From NCBI GenBank assembly GCA_040285825.1, contig JAUPSS010000007.1, positions 644,501-708,500 of the forward strand: a stretch of DNA of 64,000 nt. The letters are read 5' to 3'. The DNA is from Eukaryota sp. TZLM1-RC (Eukaryota > Protista > Metamonada: BaSk clade). Positions 60,952 through 64,000 of the stretch are shown one piece after another. Every line of letters starts with the position of its first letter. Within the stretch, counting starts at the first letter, position 1. The notes under the pieces were generated by a model, which was not told where the DNA came from, ran no database searches, and saw only the letters and a program-made list of their open reading frames with translations. A program made the translations under genes and the position numbers.

Positions 60952-62122
60952 ATGAATACCGTCCCCCAAGCTCTTCTGCTTGTGAATGTGTACCTATTGT
61001 TTCAAACTTGCTATTGTACAACCAATCCTTCTCCCTTACTGTACAAATCAGATGTTACTGATGTTGTAGAACTGTCTCAAGTGACCATTCCCACTCCAAT
61101 CCACTCTCAAAACATGTCTGAACACTCTATTTCGAGAGCATATCCCTATGTTTGTGACAGTAAACCCCAAAGTTATTGGGACTATGAAAATATCAAACTA
61201 AAGTGGTCACCTCCCAGCAATTATGATGTAGTCTATAGAATAGGCGGTGGAAGATATAGTGATGTGTACAAGGCCATTGATAACAGAACTGAGAAGAAAG
61301 TGGCCATGAAGGTACTCAAACCTGTAAAAACGAACAAGATTAAACGCGAAGTTAAAATTCTTCAAACCCTGACCCATGGTCCAAACATTGTTAAGCTCTT
61401 GGACACTGTACGAGATGCAGAAACAGACGCCCCATCGTTAGTTATGGAGTATGTCAAGAACACAGAGCTCAAAAAGTGGACCTCGTCCTTATCCTTACTT
61501 GATATCAAATGCTATATATACCAGCTATTACTAGCATTGGAACACTGTCATTCTCATGGTATCATGCATCGAGGTTCGTTTCTCTTCTCTTCTCACACTA
61601 GACGTTAAACCTGGAAATGTAGTGTTTGACTATCGTCGCCGTCAGCTTCGTCTCATTGATTTTGGGTTAGCAGAATTTTATCATTCAGGATACGAGTATG
61701 GGGTTAGAGTAGCGACTAGATACTATAAGGCTCCAGAATTGTTGGTGGGCTTATCAACCTATGATTACTCCATAGACATGTGGAGCGTTGGTTGTATTCT
61801 GGCTGGATTGCAGTTTGGCAAGCAGCCATTCTTTGAAGGAATTGATAATGAAGATCAATTGGTGAGGATTGTTGAGGTGTTGGGTTCAGATGGTCTATTT
61901 GAGTTTTGTGAAAAGTATAACTTAAAGTGTGATAATATTGATGATGTATGGGGTCATGATCGTGTTTCGTGGATTACCTTTCTGTTTGACGAAAATGAAC
62001 ACTTAGTAACGACTCAAGGGTTGGATCTGTTGGATAAGATTTTGGTTTACGACCACTGGGAACGTTTAACTGCAGGGGAGGCTTTGAGTCATCCTTTTTT
62101 TGATGATGTGAGGAATGATTGA
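60952..62122 (+). CDS. Divergent casein kinase II alpha subunit, duplicate; intron 61574-61601
   Basis: Inverted copy of 43237-44407; the conserved core starts at ATG 61114. Confidence 0.9.
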
Positions 62123-62984
62123 TTGATCAGTGTTAATAAAAGCTTTGGTATTTTTTCTACTTTATTATATATTTTTTGTTTAATGAATTTTGACTCTGTT
62201 TAATTCATCAATTTCATGTGCATTATTAATAGGCCATGGTATTTTTAGTAATGTTTTATTAATTCAAAGCATTATGAAAACTAAAGTCCAACATTTTCAA
62301 CGCAATAACTTCAAGCACGAAACATTTCTTCTCTGGAGCTTCTAAAAATCGACCAATTGTTGGTTGCGAACTAGAAACAAATACGATTTTATATTAAAAA
62401 TAAACTCTGTTAAAAGCGCAAAGAGATATTTCATCCACCACAACCCTTAAAATATCAACGAATGCCAAAGCAACCGCGTCTAATGAATTGAACAAAAAAA
62501 TGACAAGGTAAACTGGAATTACAATAGCCTTAGCCTAGCTAACCCAGTGAATTTCGTCGTTCAAAATCTTTTCGTTATATAGAATTTGAAAAATTAGTGA
62601 AAAATTAACAATAATGTGAAAGGAATTTTTCGAATTTCCACAATGTTATATGGAAGCAATAATTGAAGGTTGAGCCTCCCTTTTGTTCGTACACAAGTTA
62701 ATCAAGACTCTGTGAAAGAGTTCCTGGTGCATTGGATACTCGATCTCATGCTTTGCAAACCCAGCTTCAGCTTGTCCTTTAATAAAGTAAAAAATAATTA
62801 TTGTTTAGGGATACAAATTAAAAATTAATAATAATTTATTGGGGATAGAAACATCTCCACCTACATTGTGAAACACTCTTTGAGGGGGAGCAAGTTCCAC
62901 AGTCTCAACCATTTTGCAAAGACCTTTATACAAGCTGAAGACAATGCGATTAGTCTAGGAATTCAATTCATCTCGGAGATGGTT

Positions 62985-64000
62985 TGTAATAAACAACCAT
63001 TGGTCAATATACGAAACTAGGAACTTCATATGAGCCTCAGTAAATCGTATCAAAAACGATACTCTTACACTTACAGCAATTGTTTTATTAGTTTACAACA
63101 TTCAATTGTATACTTTTTGATTTTTTTACTTTTTTTACAATTTAATGTTTAAAAATTAATACACTCAATTAATTCAAATATATACAAAATCATTTGAAAA
63201 TGTAATCATGAGTTTGTACTGATCAAGTAACACATAGCCAACATTACTAACACACAATTTCACACAAAGTTTGATCACAAGTTGATCACATCTAGTACAT
63301 AAGGACTACATGCAACTCACCAAATCACACCAATGACCATTCAACCAATCAAACCAATGACTACTCAAATGACCATAGCACGGACTTTAACACCACAATT
63401 GTTATATTAATTGTCCCAAAATGGACTTTAAAGATTTGACCAATGATTGTAATAAACAACCATTGGTCAATATACGAAACTAGGAACTTCATATGAGCCT
63501 CAGTAAATCGTATCAAAAACGATACTCTTACACTTACAGCAATTGTTTTATTAGTTTACAACATTCAATTGTATACTTTTTGATTTTTTACTTTTTTTAC
63601 AATTTAATGTTTAAAAATTAATACACTCAATTAATTCAAATATATACAAAATCATTTGAAAATGTAATCATGAGTTTGTACTGATCAAGTAACACATAGC
63701 CAACATTACTAACACACAATTTCACACAAAGTTTGATCACAAGTTGATCACATCTAGTACATAAGGACTACATGCAACTCACCAAATCACACCAATGACC
63801 ATTCAACCAATCAAACCAATGACTACTCAAATGACCATAGCACGGACTTTAACACCACAATTGTTATATTAATTGTCCCAAAATGGACTTTAAAGATTTG
63901 ACCAATGATTGTAATAAACAACCATTGGTCAATATACGAAACTAGGAACTTCATATGAGCCTCAGTAAATCGTATCAAAAACGATACTCTTACACTTACA
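62985..64000 (+). repeat. AT-rich tandem repeat, unit ~463 bp, at least 2.2 copies, running off the window
   Basis: TGTAATAAACAACCATTGG recurs at 62985, 63448 and 63910; units are nearly identical. Confidence 0.95.

Larger units (their letters stand above)
58195..62988. repeat. Right arm of ~4.8-kb inverted segmental duplication
   Basis: Reverse complement of 42372-47210; ends where the tandem repeat begins. Confidence 0.95.

Overview
AT-rich, gene-dense eukaryotic (protist) genomic DNA using the standard code. Spliceosomal introns are mostly tiny (28-33 nt) with the branch point fixed 7-8 nt from the 3' end, a metamonad-like arrangement; the taxon is inferred, not proven. Recognisable genes: NhaC-type antiporter, SMPD4-like protein, BTB protein, PCNA, TM-LRR-RING protein, DDX27/DRS1, DJ-1, an RCC1-repeat membrane protein, CSN7, a CaMKK-like kinase, dihydropyrimidinase, two copies of a divergent CK2-alpha, and three secreted proteins sharing a prokaryote-like 'DIKPGS' C-terminal domain. 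About ten truncated CRE/RLE-type non-LTR retrotransposon fragments are scattered through the window. A ~4.8-kb inverted duplication (42372-47210 / 58195-62988) ends at a ~463-bp tandem repeat. The most notable signal is missed by the ORF track: two diverged, decayed Fanzor1-type (TnpB-related RNA-guided nuclease) genes. One (27051-28876, +) keeps all three RuvC motifs and the zinc finger, and is followed by a hairpin-rich candidate omegaRNA. The other (~34760-35690, -) lies directly downstream of a long gag-like ORF, suggesting a retroelement-like vehicle carrying a Fanzor. All homology calls were made by eye from motifs; no searches were run.
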